Notes: a model not told the origin generated them from the letters alone. DNA of 64,000 bases from Thermodesulfobacteriota bacterium (GCA_030550555.1 JAUQPD010000007.1:17563-81562), one strand, 5' to 3'. Positions 18,959 to 29,623 are shown, numbered from the stretch's first letter. Numbers and translations: made by a program.

Positions 18959-20974
18959 ATGATCTTTATTTCCAGAAAAGAGGCAGATTTTCGTTTAAAG
19001 GCAGAGATAGAACCAAAGGGTGACCAACCAAAGGCAATTTCTGCCCTTGTTGAGGGGATAAGGAAAGGAATTAAGCATCAGGTCCTGCTTGGGGTGACAG
19101 GTTCCGGCAAAACTTTCACTATGGCAAATGTAATTGCCAGAGTCAAAAAACCGACTCTCATTATTGCACCTAATAAGACTCTTGCAGGTCAGCTCTATAA
19201 TGAATTTAAAAAACTTTTTCCTGAGAATGCAGTTGAATATTTCGTGTCCTATTATGACTACTACCAACCTGAAGCTTATGTGCCTGCAACTGATACCTAT
19301 ATTGAAAAAGATGCTTCAATAAATGATTTTATTGATAGACTTAGACACTCTGCAACTACTTCAGTTTTAACACGAAGGGATGTAATTGTTGTTGCAAGTG
19401 TCTCCTGTATCTATGGTCTTGGGGCTCCTCACGAATACTTTTCAAAGCACCTCTATCTTCAAAGAGGTCACAAAATAAGAAGAGACGAATTAATCAGAGC
19501 TCTTATTACTATGCATTATGAGAGAGTAGATGCAGACTTTACGCGTGGCACCTTCAGAGTTAGAGGAGATATAATTGAAATCTTTCCCTCCCATGAGGAG
19601 AAACGAGCAGTTAGAATCTCCCTTTGGGGGACAGAGATAGAAGAAATAAAGATAATTGATCCCTTTAGGGGCAAACTTCTCGGAAAGGTCAATGATATTC
19701 TAATATTTCCAGCAAGTCACTATGTGACTTCTCAAGATACTCTTAAGAGGGCCATAGTAGAGATAAAAAAGGAATTAAAAGAGCGAGTTGACTATTTCAG
19801 AAACCAGGGACTATATCTTTTTGCAGAAAGACTTGAAAAAAGAACCCTCTATGACTTAGAACTTCTTGAAGAGACAGGCTATTGTAAAGGAATTGAGAAT
19901 TATAGTAGATATCTAGATGGTAGAAAACCCGGAGAGCCTCCCTACACTCTTCTTGACTATTTTCCCGACGATTTCCTTCTATTTATTGATGAGAGTCATA
20001 TCACGATCCCTCAGCTAAGAGGCATGTATAGAGGCGATAGGTCTCGAAAGGAGACTCTTGTTGAGTATGGTTTTCGTCTACCCTCTGCTTTGGACAATAG
20101 ACCTCTTAAATTTGAGGAATTTGAAGAAAGAGTAAATCAGGTAATTTATGTCTCTGCAACTCCTGGAGATTACGAAATAGAGAAAGCTGAGGGAAGAATA
20201 ATTGAACAAATTATAAGACCTACAGGGCTATTAGATCCCAAAGTTGAGGTGAGACCTCAGGAGAATCAAGTTGAGGATCTCTATTTTGAAATAAAGAAGA
20301 GGATTGAGAGAAATGAAAGAGTTCTTGTGTGTACATTGACCAAACGGATGGCTGAAGAGCTAACAGACTACTACAAAGAACTTGGAATTAAAGCCTGTTA
20401 TCTGCATTCGGATCTTAAGACCCTTGAAAGAGCAAGAATCATAAGGGATTTACGCAGGGGAGTCTATGATGTTCTTATAGGCATAAACCTTTTGCGTGAA
20501 GGGCTTGATATACCAGAGGTCAGTCTTGTTGCCATTTTAGATGCTGACAAGGAAGGCTTCCTACGATCAGAAAGGAGTCTCATACAGACTATGGGTAGAT
20601 CAGCACGAAATGCAAACGGAACTGCCATTCTTTATGCAAACAAGATAACATCTGCGATGGCAAGAGCTATTGCAGAAACAGAACGCAGACGGAAGATTCA
20701 AGAGGAGTATAACAGGCTTCACGGTATCACCCCACAGACAATAGTTAAATCCTTAGATGACCCTCTCATGAGGATGGTTGAAGCGGACTTTGTAGACTTG
20801 GAAAAAGTTGTAGAAATTGAAGAAACTTTTGGAAGCCTTGAACAATTAAAGCAGGAGATTGAGAGGGTTGAGAAGGAGATGAAGGAAGCAGCTAAAAAAT
20901 ACGAATTTGAAAGGGCAGCAATTCTCAGGGATCGACTCTTTAATCTTAAACAGCTTGCCCTGAATTGGACATAA
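18959..20974 (+). CDS. uvrB: Excinuclease ABC subunit B
   Basis: 671 aa. Motifs: [12 protein letters not shown], the beta-hairpin region [10 protein letters not shown], helicase motifs, and a C-terminal UVR domain (AAILRDRL). Confidence 0.97.
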   Translation: MIFISRKEADFRLKAEIEPKGDQPKAISALVEGIRKGIKHQVLLGVTGSGKTFTMANVIARVKKPTLIIAPNKTLAGQLYNEFKKLFPENAVEYFVSYYDYYQPEAYVPATDTYIEKDASINDFIDRLRHSATTSVLTRRDVIVVASVSCIYGLGAPHEYFSKHLYLQRGHKIRRDELIRALITMHYERVDADFTRGTFRVRGDIIEIFPSHEEKRAVRISLWGTEIEEIKIIDPFRGKLLGKVNDILIFPASHYVTSQDTLKRAIVEIKKELKERVDYFRNQGLYLFAERLEKRTLYDLELLEETGYCKGIENYSRYLDGRKPGEPPYTLLDYFPDDFLLFIDESHITIPQLRGMYRGDRSRKETLVEYGFRLPSALDNRPLKFEEFEERVNQVIYVSATPGDYEIEKAEGRIIEQIIRPTGLLDPKVEVRPQENQVEDLYFEIKKRIERNERVLVCTLTKRMAEELTDYYKELGIKACYLHSDLKTLERARIIRDLRRGVYDVLIGINLLREGLDIPEVSLVAILDADKEGFLRSERSLIQTMGRSARNANGTAILYANKITSAMARAIAETERRRKIQEEYNRLHGITPQTIVKSLDDPLMRMVEADFVDLEKVVEIEETFGSLEQLKQEIERVEKEMKEAAKKYEFERAAILRDRLFNLKQLALNWT

Positions 20975-20998
20975 AACTGGACTTAGGCCTGGCATTAA

Positions 20999-22378
20999 AT
21001 GCCCAAACTGCCAAAAGATAATCCAAGAGCGGTAGCTTTGAAAATTCTCTTAAGATGGGAGAAAGGAAAACCTCTTCTTGATGAGCTACTATCAGAAGTT
21101 CTCACCAAAAGTCCCCTGTCTGATGAAAGAGATAGAGCCCTTGTTGGAGAGCTAGTCAATGGAGTTGTCAGAAATCTCCTATATATTGACTACATTATAG
21201 GCAGGTTTTCTAAGATCCCCATCAATGAAATTGACCCTGAAATCAAGAATGCCCTTAGATTAGGCGTTTATCAACTACTTTTTACACGGATTCCTAAAGG
21301 AGTTGCTATTGCTGAGACTTTAAAAATCCTTACAAAAAGGGGGCGAGCAAGTTGGATTCGGGGATTCGTCAATGCAGTCCTCAGTAAGGTTGCAGAATGC
21401 TCAACAAGCCCTCCTGAACCCGAAAGGAAAGACCCTCTTCAATACCTGTGTATAAAATATTCCTTTCCCTATTGGCTTGTAGTTAGATGGCTCAGAAGAT
21501 GGGATTTAGAGGAATTGGAAGCACTACTTAAAGCTTCAAATGAAAGGCCTCCCTTTGTGATTCGAATTAATCCACTAAAGGTTAGCAGAGAGAATTTACT
21601 TAAATATCTAAAAGAACAAATACCCTCTGCTGAACTCTGCCCCTACTCACCTCAGGGAATAGTGCTTTATGGATTTCGAGGTAAAATAACTGAATTAAAG
21701 GGATTTCAATTTGGTTGGTTTACACTTCAGGATTCAGCAAGTCAGATCGTTACTCTTCTTCTCGACCCCAAACCTGGAGAATCAATTCTTGATGCCTGTG
21801 CTGGTGTTGGTGGTAAAACAAGTCATATCGTAGAACTAATGGAGAACATAGGAAAAGTCATTGCCTATGAACTCTATCCCTGGAGGCTTGAAAGACTAAA
21901 AGAGAACTTTAAACGCCTTGGATTAAATTTGCCTGAATGTCATGAGGGAGATGTAGTTGAAGGCTTAAAAAGCTTAAACCCAAAACCCTTTGACAGGATT
22001 CTCATTGATGCACCCTGCACAGGAACAGGTGTAATTAGAAAACACCCAGACATAAAATGGCTTCGCACTGAAAGAGACTTGGAGGAAATCCCCAAACTTC
22101 AGCTTCGCCTGCTTGAGGGAGTTGCTCCTTATCTTAAGAAAGGAGGAATTCTTGTATATGCCACCTGCAGTCTCGAGCCCGAGGAAAATGAGAAGGTAGT
22201 TGAAGAATTCCTCAAAAAGCACCCAAACTTTAGACTTCAAAGCCTCGAACCATACCTGAGAAGAATTTGTGGAGAGAGAGCCTCGGAGCTACTGGAAGGA
22301 GAACACTATCTCAAAGTATATCCCCATAAACATGGATTAGATGGATTTTTTGCGGTAAGGCTTGAAAGATTCAATTAA
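20999..22378 (+). CDS. rsmB: 16S rRNA (cytosine967-C5)-methyltransferase
   Basis: NusB-like N-terminus plus the MTase motifs DACAGVGGKT, DAPCTGTGVIRKHPD and YATCS. Confidence 0.9.
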   Translation: MPKLPKDNPRAVALKILLRWEKGKPLLDELLSEVLTKSPLSDERDRALVGELVNGVVRNLLYIDYIIGRFSKIPINEIDPEIKNALRLGVYQLLFTRIPKGVAIAETLKILTKRGRASWIRGFVNAVLSKVAECSTSPPEPERKDPLQYLCIKYSFPYWLVVRWLRRWDLEELEALLKASNERPPFVIRINPLKVSRENLLKYLKEQIPSAELCPYSPQGIVLYGFRGKITELKGFQFGWFTLQDSASQIVTLLLDPKPGESILDACAGVGGKTSHIVELMENIGKVIAYELYPWRLERLKENFKRLGLNLPECHEGDVVEGLKSLNPKPFDRILIDAPCTGTGVIRKHPDIKWLRTERDLEEIPKLQLRLLEGVAPYLKKGGILVYATCSLEPEENEKVVEEFLKKHPNFRLQSLEPYLRRICGERASELLEGEHYLKVYPHKHGLDGFFAVRLERFN

Positions 22379-22385
22379 TAACTGA

Positions 22386-22413
22386 TTGAAGTTAGTTAAA
22401 CATAGGTTATAAT
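22386..22413 (+). promoter_or_regulatory. Candidate promoter of the liv-type transporter operon
   Basis: TTGAAG-N16-TATAAT lies about 33 nt upstream of the ATG at 22447. Confidence 0.45.
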
Positions 22414-22446
22414 ACTGTTTTAAAATTTCAAGTTAGGGGGTGAAAA

Positions 22447-23595
22447 ATGATTCTAATGCGACTTTGTCTATTCCTAATCTTCTTATTTTTGTTTCATGTC
22501 GCTACCTATGCCTCGAAGGAGCCTATAAAGATAGGTGCAATTCTCAGCATTACTGGTCCAGCATCATTTATTGGAGAACCTGAAAAGAATACTCTTTTGC
22601 TTCTTGCTGATCAAATAAATAAGGCTGGAGGTATCAATGGCAGACCTGTTCAAGTGATAATTGAAGATTCAAAGAGCGACGAAACTCAGGCAGTTCTCTC
22701 AGCAAAAAAACTTATTGAACGTGACAAGGTTGTTGCCATAATTGGGCCTTCAACTACTGGAGAGAGCATGGCGGTCATTCCCATTGTAACGCAAGCAAAA
22801 ATTCCTATGATATCTCTCGCAGCAGGAACTGCTATTACCGAACCAGTAAGTGAAAGATATTGGATTTTCAAAACCGCCCAGTATGACAGAAGTGCTGTTG
22901 AAGCAATTTACAGATATATGCAGAAAAAAGGTATAAAGAAAGTAGGAATTTTGACTATTACTACCAGTTTTGGAGATCAGGGGAGGAAAGCCCTCCTTGA
23001 GCTCGCACCTAAATTTGGAATTACTATTGTTGCAGATGAGAGATATAAACCTAAAGACAAAGATATGAGTGTACAGTTGATGAAGGCCAAAAACGCTGGA
23101 GCTGAGGCTATAATCAACTGGTCAGTTGGACCAGAACAGGTCATTGTTGTGAAGAATTGGCATTCCTTAAAGCTTGGAATACCTCTCTTTCAGTCCCATG
23201 GTTGGGGAAGCAAAAAAAATATTGAACTTGCAGGTCCGTCAGCAGAGGGAGTCATAGCACCACTTAGCAGAATAGTTGTCTGGGATAAACTTCCAGACAA
23301 TCATCCTCAAAAAAAGATACTAAGGGATTATTATATGGCATACACCGCTAGATTCAAAACTGAACCTGGAACCTTTGGAGGCCATGCCTATGATGCCTTT
23401 ATGATGTTAGTTGAGGCTATAAGAAAAGTAGGTCCTGATCCTGCGAAGATCCGAGACTACATTGAGAATAATATTAAGAATTGGCCAGGAGTTAGTGGAA
23501 TTTTTAATATGAGCCCAAAGGATCACTGTGGGCTAGATCATACTTCCTTTGAGATGGTAATAGTTAGAAACAGAGATTGGGAAATTCTTCACTAA
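22447..23595 (+). CDS. Branched-chain/aromatic amino acid ABC transporter substrate-binding protein (LivJ/K family)
   Basis: It has a signal peptide. IKIGAILSITGPASFIGEP is typical of type-1 periplasmic binding proteins. Confidence 0.85.
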   Translation: MILMRLCLFLIFLFLFHVATYASKEPIKIGAILSITGPASFIGEPEKNTLLLLADQINKAGGINGRPVQVIIEDSKSDETQAVLSAKKLIERDKVVAIIGPSTTGESMAVIPIVTQAKIPMISLAAGTAITEPVSERYWIFKTAQYDRSAVEAIYRYMQKKGIKKVGILTITTSFGDQGRKALLELAPKFGITIVADERYKPKDKDMSVQLMKAKNAGAEAIINWSVGPEQVIVVKNWHSLKLGIPLFQSHGWGSKKNIELAGPSAEGVIAPLSRIVVWDKLPDNHPQKKILRDYYMAYTARFKTEPGTFGGHAYDAFMMLVEAIRKVGPDPAKIRDYIENNIKNWPGVSGIFNMSPKDHCGLDHTSFEMVIVRNRDWEILH

Positions 23596-23598
23596 ACA

Positions 23599-24486
23599 AT
23601 GGAGCTATTTCTTCAGTTTTTATTTTCTGGAATTACGGTGGGGGCAATTTATGCCCTCATCGCCCTTGGTTTTAACATAGTTTATAACGCTACATCTATC
23701 CTTAATCTTGCTCAGGGAGAATTTTTAGTTTTTGGTGGACTGTTGATGTGGTATTTTCTGGAGAAACTCAATCTACCCTATGGGTTTTCTTTTCTTCTTG
23801 CTCTTGGTGCAACTGGCTTTGTAGGTCTTCTTATGGAGAGATTTACCATTCGACCACTTCAGAAAACAGCAGATCCTCTTCTTCTGATTCTCATAACAAT
23901 AGCTTTTTCTATTCTTCTCCGAGGCATTCTCATGTTCCTTTTTGGAAAGGATCCCTACGGATACAGACCCATAGATGAGGGTCCACCATTAATTATATTT
24001 GGGGCGATTCTTCAGAGACAGGTTCTTTGGATTCTTCTCTTTGTGGTTCTAACTTTGATTTTTCTCTATCTTTTCTTCAACTGCACAATGATTGGAAGAG
24101 CTATGAAAGCCTGCTCTGTTGACAAAACTTCTGCTTCCCTCATGGGAATAAACACCTCTCAAATGGTAATGCTCTCCTTTTTTCTCAGTGGTATTTTTGC
24201 AGGCCTTGCAGGAATTTTAATTACTCCAATTACCTTTATAGAATACGACAAGGGCCCCCTTCTCACTATTAAAGGGTTTACTTCAGCCATTCTTGGTGGT
24301 CTTGGAAGTAATTGGGGTGTCATGGCAGGAGGATTTCTACTCGGTATCCTTGAGAGTCTCATTGCAGGATATGTTCATTCAGGGCTGAAAGATGCCCTTG
24401 CCCTCTTACTTATGCTCATAATGCTCCTTTTTCGTCCAGCTGGACTTTTCCAGTCTGCAGAACAAGCCCGTTTGAGAAAACTATGA
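23599..24486 (+). CDS. livH: ABC transporter permease, LivH family
   Basis: 295 aa and polytopic. N-terminal QFLFSGITVGAIYALIALGFNIVY is the LivH signature. Confidence 0.9.
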   Translation: MELFLQFLFSGITVGAIYALIALGFNIVYNATSILNLAQGEFLVFGGLLMWYFLEKLNLPYGFSFLLALGATGFVGLLMERFTIRPLQKTADPLLLILITIAFSILLRGILMFLFGKDPYGYRPIDEGPPLIIFGAILQRQVLWILLFVVLTLIFLYLFFNCTMIGRAMKACSVDKTSASLMGINTSQMVMLSFFLSGIFAGLAGILITPITFIEYDKGPLLTIKGFTSAILGGLGSNWGVMAGGFLLGILESLIAGYVHSGLKDALALLLMLIMLLFRPAGLFQSAEQARLRKL

Positions 24487-25445
24487 AAGATACTATTTTA
24501 AATCCCAACACAAAGACATATATTTATCTATTAATATTCTATATAGTCATCCTCAGTGCAGGTTTTTCTATCAAGGATCCCTATATTTTAACTATCTTTG
24601 TATTTGCTGGTTTGAATGCCCTCTCAGCCTTGGGACTAAGTTTATTGATGGGTCTTGCAGGACAAATTTCTCTTGGACACAATGGATTCTATGGGTTAGG
24701 TGCCTATTTATCTGCGATACTTTCAGTTTATTACAAAGTACCTGTGCTTCTCTCTATAGTTATTGCTGTTACTTTTACCTCGCTTTTTGCAATTCTTCTT
24801 GCCATCCCAGCTTTAAGGCTCAAGGGACACTATCTTGCAGTTGCTACCCTTGGTTTCGGAGAGATTATCTATCTTCTTTTAAATGAGTGGGGACCAGGTG
24901 GTCCCTCTGGATTTGGTGATATTCCACGTCTTTACTTGGGAGCTATAGAGCTGTCAAGTCCTCTTCATTTTCATCTTTTTGTCTGGACCCTCTTTGCAGT
25001 AGCTTTCTTCTTTTCTCTAAATTTAGCGAATTCTACCTATGGAAAAGTTCTAAGGGCATTACATGCTAGCGAAACTGCTCTTAGGACCTTAGGAATAAAC
25101 ATAGTCTCTTTAAAGGTAAAGATATTTATACTTAGTGCCTTTTTAACTGCCCTTTCTGGAGCAATTTATGCCCATTTCGTGACCTTTGTAAGCCCTGCGA
25201 CCTTTTCTGTATTCTATTCTGTGCTTCTTTTGATGATGGTCATGCTTGGTGGAATTCACTCCCTTTGGGGTGCTCCAATTGGTGCCCTCTTCATCACCTT
25301 TCTTCCCGAAACTCTAAGACCTTTTAAAGAATATGACATTCTCATCTATGGTCTCATTCTCACCCTTGGTCTAATCTTTTTTAGAAAAGGAATTATTCAC
25401 CTACTTGAAGTAGGTGCTAAGAGATGGCTACCCTTCTTGAAGTAA
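24483..25445 (+). CDS. livM: ABC transporter permease, LivM family
   Basis: 320 aa and polytopic. GQISLGHNGFYGLGAY is the LivM signature. There is a 4-nt overlap with livH. Confidence 0.9.
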   Translation: MKDTILNPNTKTYIYLLIFYIVILSAGFSIKDPYILTIFVFAGLNALSALGLSLLMGLAGQISLGHNGFYGLGAYLSAILSVYYKVPVLLSIVIAVTFTSLFAILLAIPALRLKGHYLAVATLGFGEIIYLLLNEWGPGGPSGFGDIPRLYLGAIELSSPLHFHLFVWTLFAVAFFFSLNLANSTYGKVLRALHASETALRTLGINIVSLKVKIFILSAFLTALSGAIYAHFVTFVSPATFSVFYSVLLLMMVMLGGIHSLWGAPIGALFITFLPETLRPFKEYDILIYGLILTLGLIFFRKGIIHLLEVGAKRWLPFLK

Positions 25446-26191
25446 AGGGCATTTACAAGTCCTTTGGTGGTCATGAAGTCTTAAAGGATGTCAACTTAAA
25501 AATTGAGGAGCTCACAATACATGCTCTTATTGGTCCCAATGGGGCTGGGAAAACTACTCTTCTAAATATAATTAATGGAATTGAGAGGGCGGATAGAGGT
25601 AATATTTATTTGCTAAATATGGATATCACTAATTACACTGTTGAGGCAAGAGTAAGAGTTGGTCTTGCAAGAACTTTTCAGCTCCTTGAAGTTTTCTCGG
25701 GGCTCACTGTGCTTGAGAACATCTTGACAGCTCTCTTTGCCAAGAATCCCTGGGGGATAATCAAAAGCATGCTCTTTGGAGAGAGGTTTCATCCTATTGA
25801 AGGACAGTTGAAAAAACGAGCCTTAGAGTACTTAGAATTTGTAAACTTAAGTCACAGAGCGGATGAGGAGGTCCAGAATCTGCCAGCAGGAGAGCAGAAA
25901 CTACTTGAGATTGCAAGAGCTCTTGCCCTTGAACCAAAAATATTACTTCTCGATGAGCCTGCAGCAGGCCTCAACAACAGGGAAACAAGAATTTTGGGAG
26001 AGATCTTGAAGAAGATCTGCAGGGAGAAGGGAATTACTATACTCCTTGTTGAACATGATATGGAACTTGTAATGAGAGTGAGTGATCTCATTACGGTTCT
26101 GAATTTTGGAGAAGTTTTAGCAGAAGGTCCACCAACACTGATACAGAAAGATCCTAGGGTAATAAAGGCATATCTAGGTGAGGATTTTTGA
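25424..26191 (+). CDS. livG: ABC transporter ATP-binding protein, LivG family
   Basis: Walker A GPNGAGKTT, signature-region AGEQKLLEIARAL, Walker B LLLDEPAAGL. Confidence 0.9.
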   Translation: MATLLEVKGIYKSFGGHEVLKDVNLKIEELTIHALIGPNGAGKTTLLNIINGIERADRGNIYLLNMDITNYTVEARVRVGLARTFQLLEVFSGLTVLENILTALFAKNPWGIIKSMLFGERFHPIEGQLKKRALEYLEFVNLSHRADEEVQNLPAGEQKLLEIARALALEPKILLLDEPAAGLNNRETRILGEILKKICREKGITILLVEHDMELVMRVSDLITVLNFGEVLAEGPPTLIQKDPRVIKAYLGEDF

Positions 26192-26931
26192 TGCTCCTTC
26201 TAAAGGGAGTTGACGTCTTTATTGGAAAGCTTCACATCTTAAAAAAGATATCTCTTCATATAGGAGAGGGAGAGCTTGTAACCCTTCTTGGGGCAAATGG
26301 TGCAGGAAAGACAACCCTCTTAAAGAGTCTTATGGGCTTGTTGAAGGTCGCAAATGGAGAAATTCTCTATGGGAGACAACCAATTCATACCCTACCAACT
26401 GAAGAGAGGGTCAAACTTGGTTTAGTGCTTGTCCCAGAGGGTAAGGGTATTTTTAAACCGCTTACAGTAGAGGAGAACTTATTGCTAGGAGCCTATGTGA
26501 GATATTCCTTTTTCAGACGAAATGAAATTAAACAATCTCTTGAGGAGGTTTATGAACTCTTTCCATTTCTTAAAGAAAAGAGGAAACAACTTGCAGGAAC
26601 ACTATCAGGGGGCCAACAGCAAATTCTTGCCATTGCAAGAGCTCTTATGGCTCGTCCCAAAATTCTCCTCCTTGATGAACCTAGTATGGGAATAGCACCC
26701 AACTTAGTGAAAGAAATCTTCCTCTACATCAAAAATCTCAAAGAAACAAAGGGGCTCTCTGTATTACTTGTTGAGCAGAATGCTAAATCAGCTTTAAAAA
26801 TAGCTGATAGGGCCTATGTGTTGGAAACAGGAAAGATTATCTATGAAGGGGATGCAGAGCTTGTCGCTAATAATCCAGAGGTTCAAAGGGCCTATCTTGG
26901 GCGTGATCTTGATAGGGAGTTTCCAGCATAA
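26188..26931 (+). CDS. livF: ABC transporter ATP-binding protein, LivF family
   Basis: Walker A GANGAGKTT, signature LSGGQQQ, Walker B LLLDEPSMG. Confidence 0.9.
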   Translation: MMLLLKGVDVFIGKLHILKKISLHIGEGELVTLLGANGAGKTTLLKSLMGLLKVANGEILYGRQPIHTLPTEERVKLGLVLVPEGKGIFKPLTVEENLLLGAYVRYSFFRRNEIKQSLEEVYELFPFLKEKRKQLAGTLSGGQQQILAIARALMARPKILLLDEPSMGIAPNLVKEIFLYIKNLKETKGLSVLLVEQNAKSALKIADRAYVLETGKIIYEGDAELVANNPEVQRAYLGRDLDREFPA

Positions 26932-26944
26932 AGGGGGCTAAATT

Positions 26945-28210
26945 ATGAGGGAAGAGGAATTAAGACAAATACAGACTGAGCGACTCTTTGCAGTCCTCAA
27001 CAGAGTCTATAAAGAGGTTCCCTTCTATCGTATCCTCTTTGATAAACATAGCCTTAATCCAGAGGAGTTTGAAAAGCCAGAGGATCTGAGAAGCTATCCC
27101 TTTACAACCAGGGATGATCTTCGCAAAAATTATCCCTATAACATGTTTGCAGTACCCTTAAGGGAAGTAGTGAGGATTCTCCCCTCTGCAGGGACAACAG
27201 GTGCACCAATTGTCGTTGGTTACACCAGAAATGATATTTATACCTTAGCAGAACTAAATGCAAGAACCCTAAAAAATCTTGATATCACGAAAGAAGATTT
27301 TGTAATGATTACCTTCCATAGAGGACTTTTTGCCTCTGCCTTTGGAATTCAGAGTGGAGCAGAATTGATTGGTGCCTCAGTCATTCCAACAAATCTTGAA
27401 GATCCTGTAAAGACACTTCGCATCCTTCTTGACTATCGGGTTACCACTCTGATTTGTAGTCCTTCTTTTGCTATCTGGCTTGCCGAGACCCTCCTAAATT
27501 CTGAACTCAATCCTAATACTTTTATGCTCAGAAGAGTCATTCTTTGCGGTGAACCTTTTTCAGAGGCTCAAAGAGAATTTATAGAGAATACTTTAAAGGT
27601 AAAGGTATATAATGTCTATGCGGTGACTGAAGTTTTTGGCCCATCTGTTGCTTCAGAATGTAAGGCAAGACAGGGACTTCACTTTCAAGAAGACCATTTT
27701 TACGTTGAAATTCTCAATCCTGACACATTAGGACCTGTTAAACCTGGTGAAATTGGAGAAATTGTCGTTACCACTCTTACAAAAGAAGCTCTTCCACTAA
27801 TAAGATACCGCACTGGTGATCTTACAAGTATTCTTCCTAAACCCTGTCCCTGCGGATCACCATTTTTGCAGACAGAGAGGATTTTGGGTAGACTCGATGA
27901 TCTTGTGCTCTTTAGAGGTGTAAAATTTCACCCAGGACAAGTGGAGCTCTTAATTGAACAAATTACCAAAACAAAAGTTCTATGGCAAGTCCTTCTCTGG
28001 AGAGAGGAGGGTGTTGAAAAGATTCTTCTTCAAATAGCTCCAAGTGAGAGTATCTTTAGTGACTCCTTCTCGGAACAGGAGAGGATGAGAAAGGAAATAG
28101 AAGAAAAGCTCTATTTAGAGTTTGGAATCCCTATTCCAGTAAAATTTGTGGAAGCTAGTTCTTTAGTAAAAGAGGGTGAGGCTTTCAAAAAGATTGTAGA
28201 TAAGAGGTAG
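26945..28210 (+). CDS. Phenylacetate-CoA ligase family adenylate-forming enzyme (PaaK-like)
   Basis: 421 aa. YPFTTRDDLRKNYPY, the AMP-binding loop SAGTTGAPIVV, and RYRTGDL match the PaaK/F390-synthetase family. Confidence 0.8.
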   Translation: MREEELRQIQTERLFAVLNRVYKEVPFYRILFDKHSLNPEEFEKPEDLRSYPFTTRDDLRKNYPYNMFAVPLREVVRILPSAGTTGAPIVVGYTRNDIYTLAELNARTLKNLDITKEDFVMITFHRGLFASAFGIQSGAELIGASVIPTNLEDPVKTLRILLDYRVTTLICSPSFAIWLAETLLNSELNPNTFMLRRVILCGEPFSEAQREFIENTLKVKVYNVYAVTEVFGPSVASECKARQGLHFQEDHFYVEILNPDTLGPVKPGEIGEIVVTTLTKEALPLIRYRTGDLTSILPKPCPCGSPFLQTERILGRLDDLVLFRGVKFHPGQVELLIEQITKTKVLWQVLLWREEGVEKILLQIAPSESIFSDSFSEQERMRKEIEEKLYLEFGIPIPVKFVEASSLVKEGEAFKKIVDKR

Positions 28211-28214
28211 CACC

Positions 28215-29384
28215 ATGGGTTACATAGTTGAAATGGGTGAGCTCTATCTTGCGGGCAACTATAGAAGAGAAAAAATTGCCTTCGTAACAGGTAGGGGCAC
28301 AAGACTATTTACTGAGGATGGCATCGAATATCTAGACTTTACCTCGGGAATTGCGGTATGTAATCTTGGTCATTGTCATCCTGCACTTGTTGAGATTTTA
28401 AAAGAGCAGGCTGAAAAACTTTGGCACACCTCTAACCTTTTCTACACAGAACCTCAGGCTAAACTTGCTAAAAAGTTAACAGAACTCACCTTTGGAGAAA
28501 AGGTATTCTTCGCAAACTCAGGTGCTGAAGCAGTAGAGTGTGCCCTTAAAATTGCAAGGAGATATGCCTTTGAAAACTCTCACTCTAAGAAATTTCGCTT
28601 TGTTGCACTGGAAAACTCTTTTCACGGACGCACATATGGAGCCCTCTCAGTAACTGGACAACCCAAATATTGGCAAGGTTTTGAACCCCTCCTTGAGGGG
28701 GTCACCTTTATACCTCCTAATGACCTAAAAGCCCTTGAAGAAAGCCTAAATGATGAGGTCTGTGCCCTTATCTTAGAGCCAATTCAGGGTGAGGGTGGTG
28801 TCTATCCTCTTAAAAAGGACTTTGTTGAGAAGGCAAAGGAGCTCTGCGAGAGAAGAAAGATTCTTCTTATATTCGATGAAATACAAACTGGAATTGGCAG
28901 AACTGGGAAACTCTTTGCCTATGAGCACTATGGTGTCGAACCAGACATCCTCTGTTCCTCAAAGGCTTTAGCTAATGGCCTACCTCTCTCTGCAGTGATT
29001 GCAAAAACCGAGATTATGTCTGCCCTCAAGCCAGGAACTCATGCCTCCACATTTGGCGGAAATCCTCTTGCCTGTGCAGTTGCTGTCAAGGTCCTTGAAC
29101 TTGTGTCTGATAAGACCTTCCTTGAAGAGGTTACTTTAAAAGGAAAGGTCCTTAAAGAAAAAATTTCAGCTCTTGGGAGTAAGAAGATTAAAGAATGCAG
29201 AGGTATGGGGCTTTTGCTCGCTATTGAGTTTCATGAACCAGCTCAATCAATCTATGAAGGACTCCTAAAGAAAAGGATCCTTACTACCCTACCTAAACCA
29301 AATATAATCCGCTTGACACCCCCGCTGATACTAAACTATAGAGAAATAGACTTTTTTGTAGACTCTCTGAAAGAATTAGTCTAA
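28215..29384 (+). CDS. argD: Acetylornithine aminotransferase (class III PLP aminotransferase)
   Basis: 389 aa. Motifs: FANSGAEAVE, LIFDEIQTGIGRTGK, and SSKALANGLP containing the PLP lysine. Confidence 0.85.
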   Translation: MGYIVEMGELYLAGNYRREKIAFVTGRGTRLFTEDGIEYLDFTSGIAVCNLGHCHPALVEILKEQAEKLWHTSNLFYTEPQAKLAKKLTELTFGEKVFFANSGAEAVECALKIARRYAFENSHSKKFRFVALENSFHGRTYGALSVTGQPKYWQGFEPLLEGVTFIPPNDLKALEESLNDEVCALILEPIQGEGGVYPLKKDFVEKAKELCERRKILLIFDEIQTGIGRTGKLFAYEHYGVEPDILCSSKALANGLPLSAVIAKTEIMSALKPGTHASTFGGNPLACAVAVKVLELVSDKTFLEEVTLKGKVLKEKISALGSKKIKECRGMGLLLAIEFHEPAQSIYEGLLKKRILTTLPKPNIIRLTPPLILNYREIDFFVDSLKELV

Positions 29385-29390
29385 AAAAAA

Positions 29391-29418
29391 CCAGGGGGAT
29401 AAAACCCCCTGGATTTTT
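29391..29418. terminator. Bidirectional rho-independent terminator
   Basis: A perfect 8-bp GC stem ccaggggg-ataaaa-ccccctgg is flanked by an A-run upstream and attttt downstream. It serves convergent argD and the small minus-strand ORF. Confidence 0.8.
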
Positions 29419-29446
29419 GAACAACTTTGATATTGGTGATAAAGGA

Positions 29447-29623
29447 TTACTTCTTCTTTTCCTCCTTCTTTGTCTTGTTATCAGTCTTTTTGTCTTTCTT
29501 TGCTTCAGCCTTTGGCTTGTCTGCTGGCTTGTCTGCCTTGCCCTTTTCCTGAGCAAATACAGGGGAAACCGCAAGACCAAATACTACTAAAAGGCTCAAT
29601 AGTTGTTTATTTTTAGTATCCAA
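29447..29623 (-). CDS. Small secreted lysine-rich protein (58 aa, TTG start; not in the ORF track)
   Basis: My translation is (M)DTKNKQLLSLLVVFGLAVSPVFA/QEKGKADKPADKPKAEAKKDKKTDNKTKKEEKKK, with a clear signal peptide and an AxA-like cleavage site. It ends at a TAA just before the terminator. The start codon is uncertain. Confidence 0.45.
   Translation of the reverse strand: MDTKNKQLLSLLVVFGLAVSPVFAQEKGKADKPADKPKAEAKKDKKTDNKTKKEEKKK

Noticed and set aside
29293-29580. Track ORF of 95 aa on the minus strand (R/Q/K-rich)
   Set aside because: It runs antisense through the last 90 nt of argD and straight through a strong bidirectional terminator. It has no signal or family motif. A different minus-strand frame gives a far more gene-like signal-peptide protein (29447..29623).
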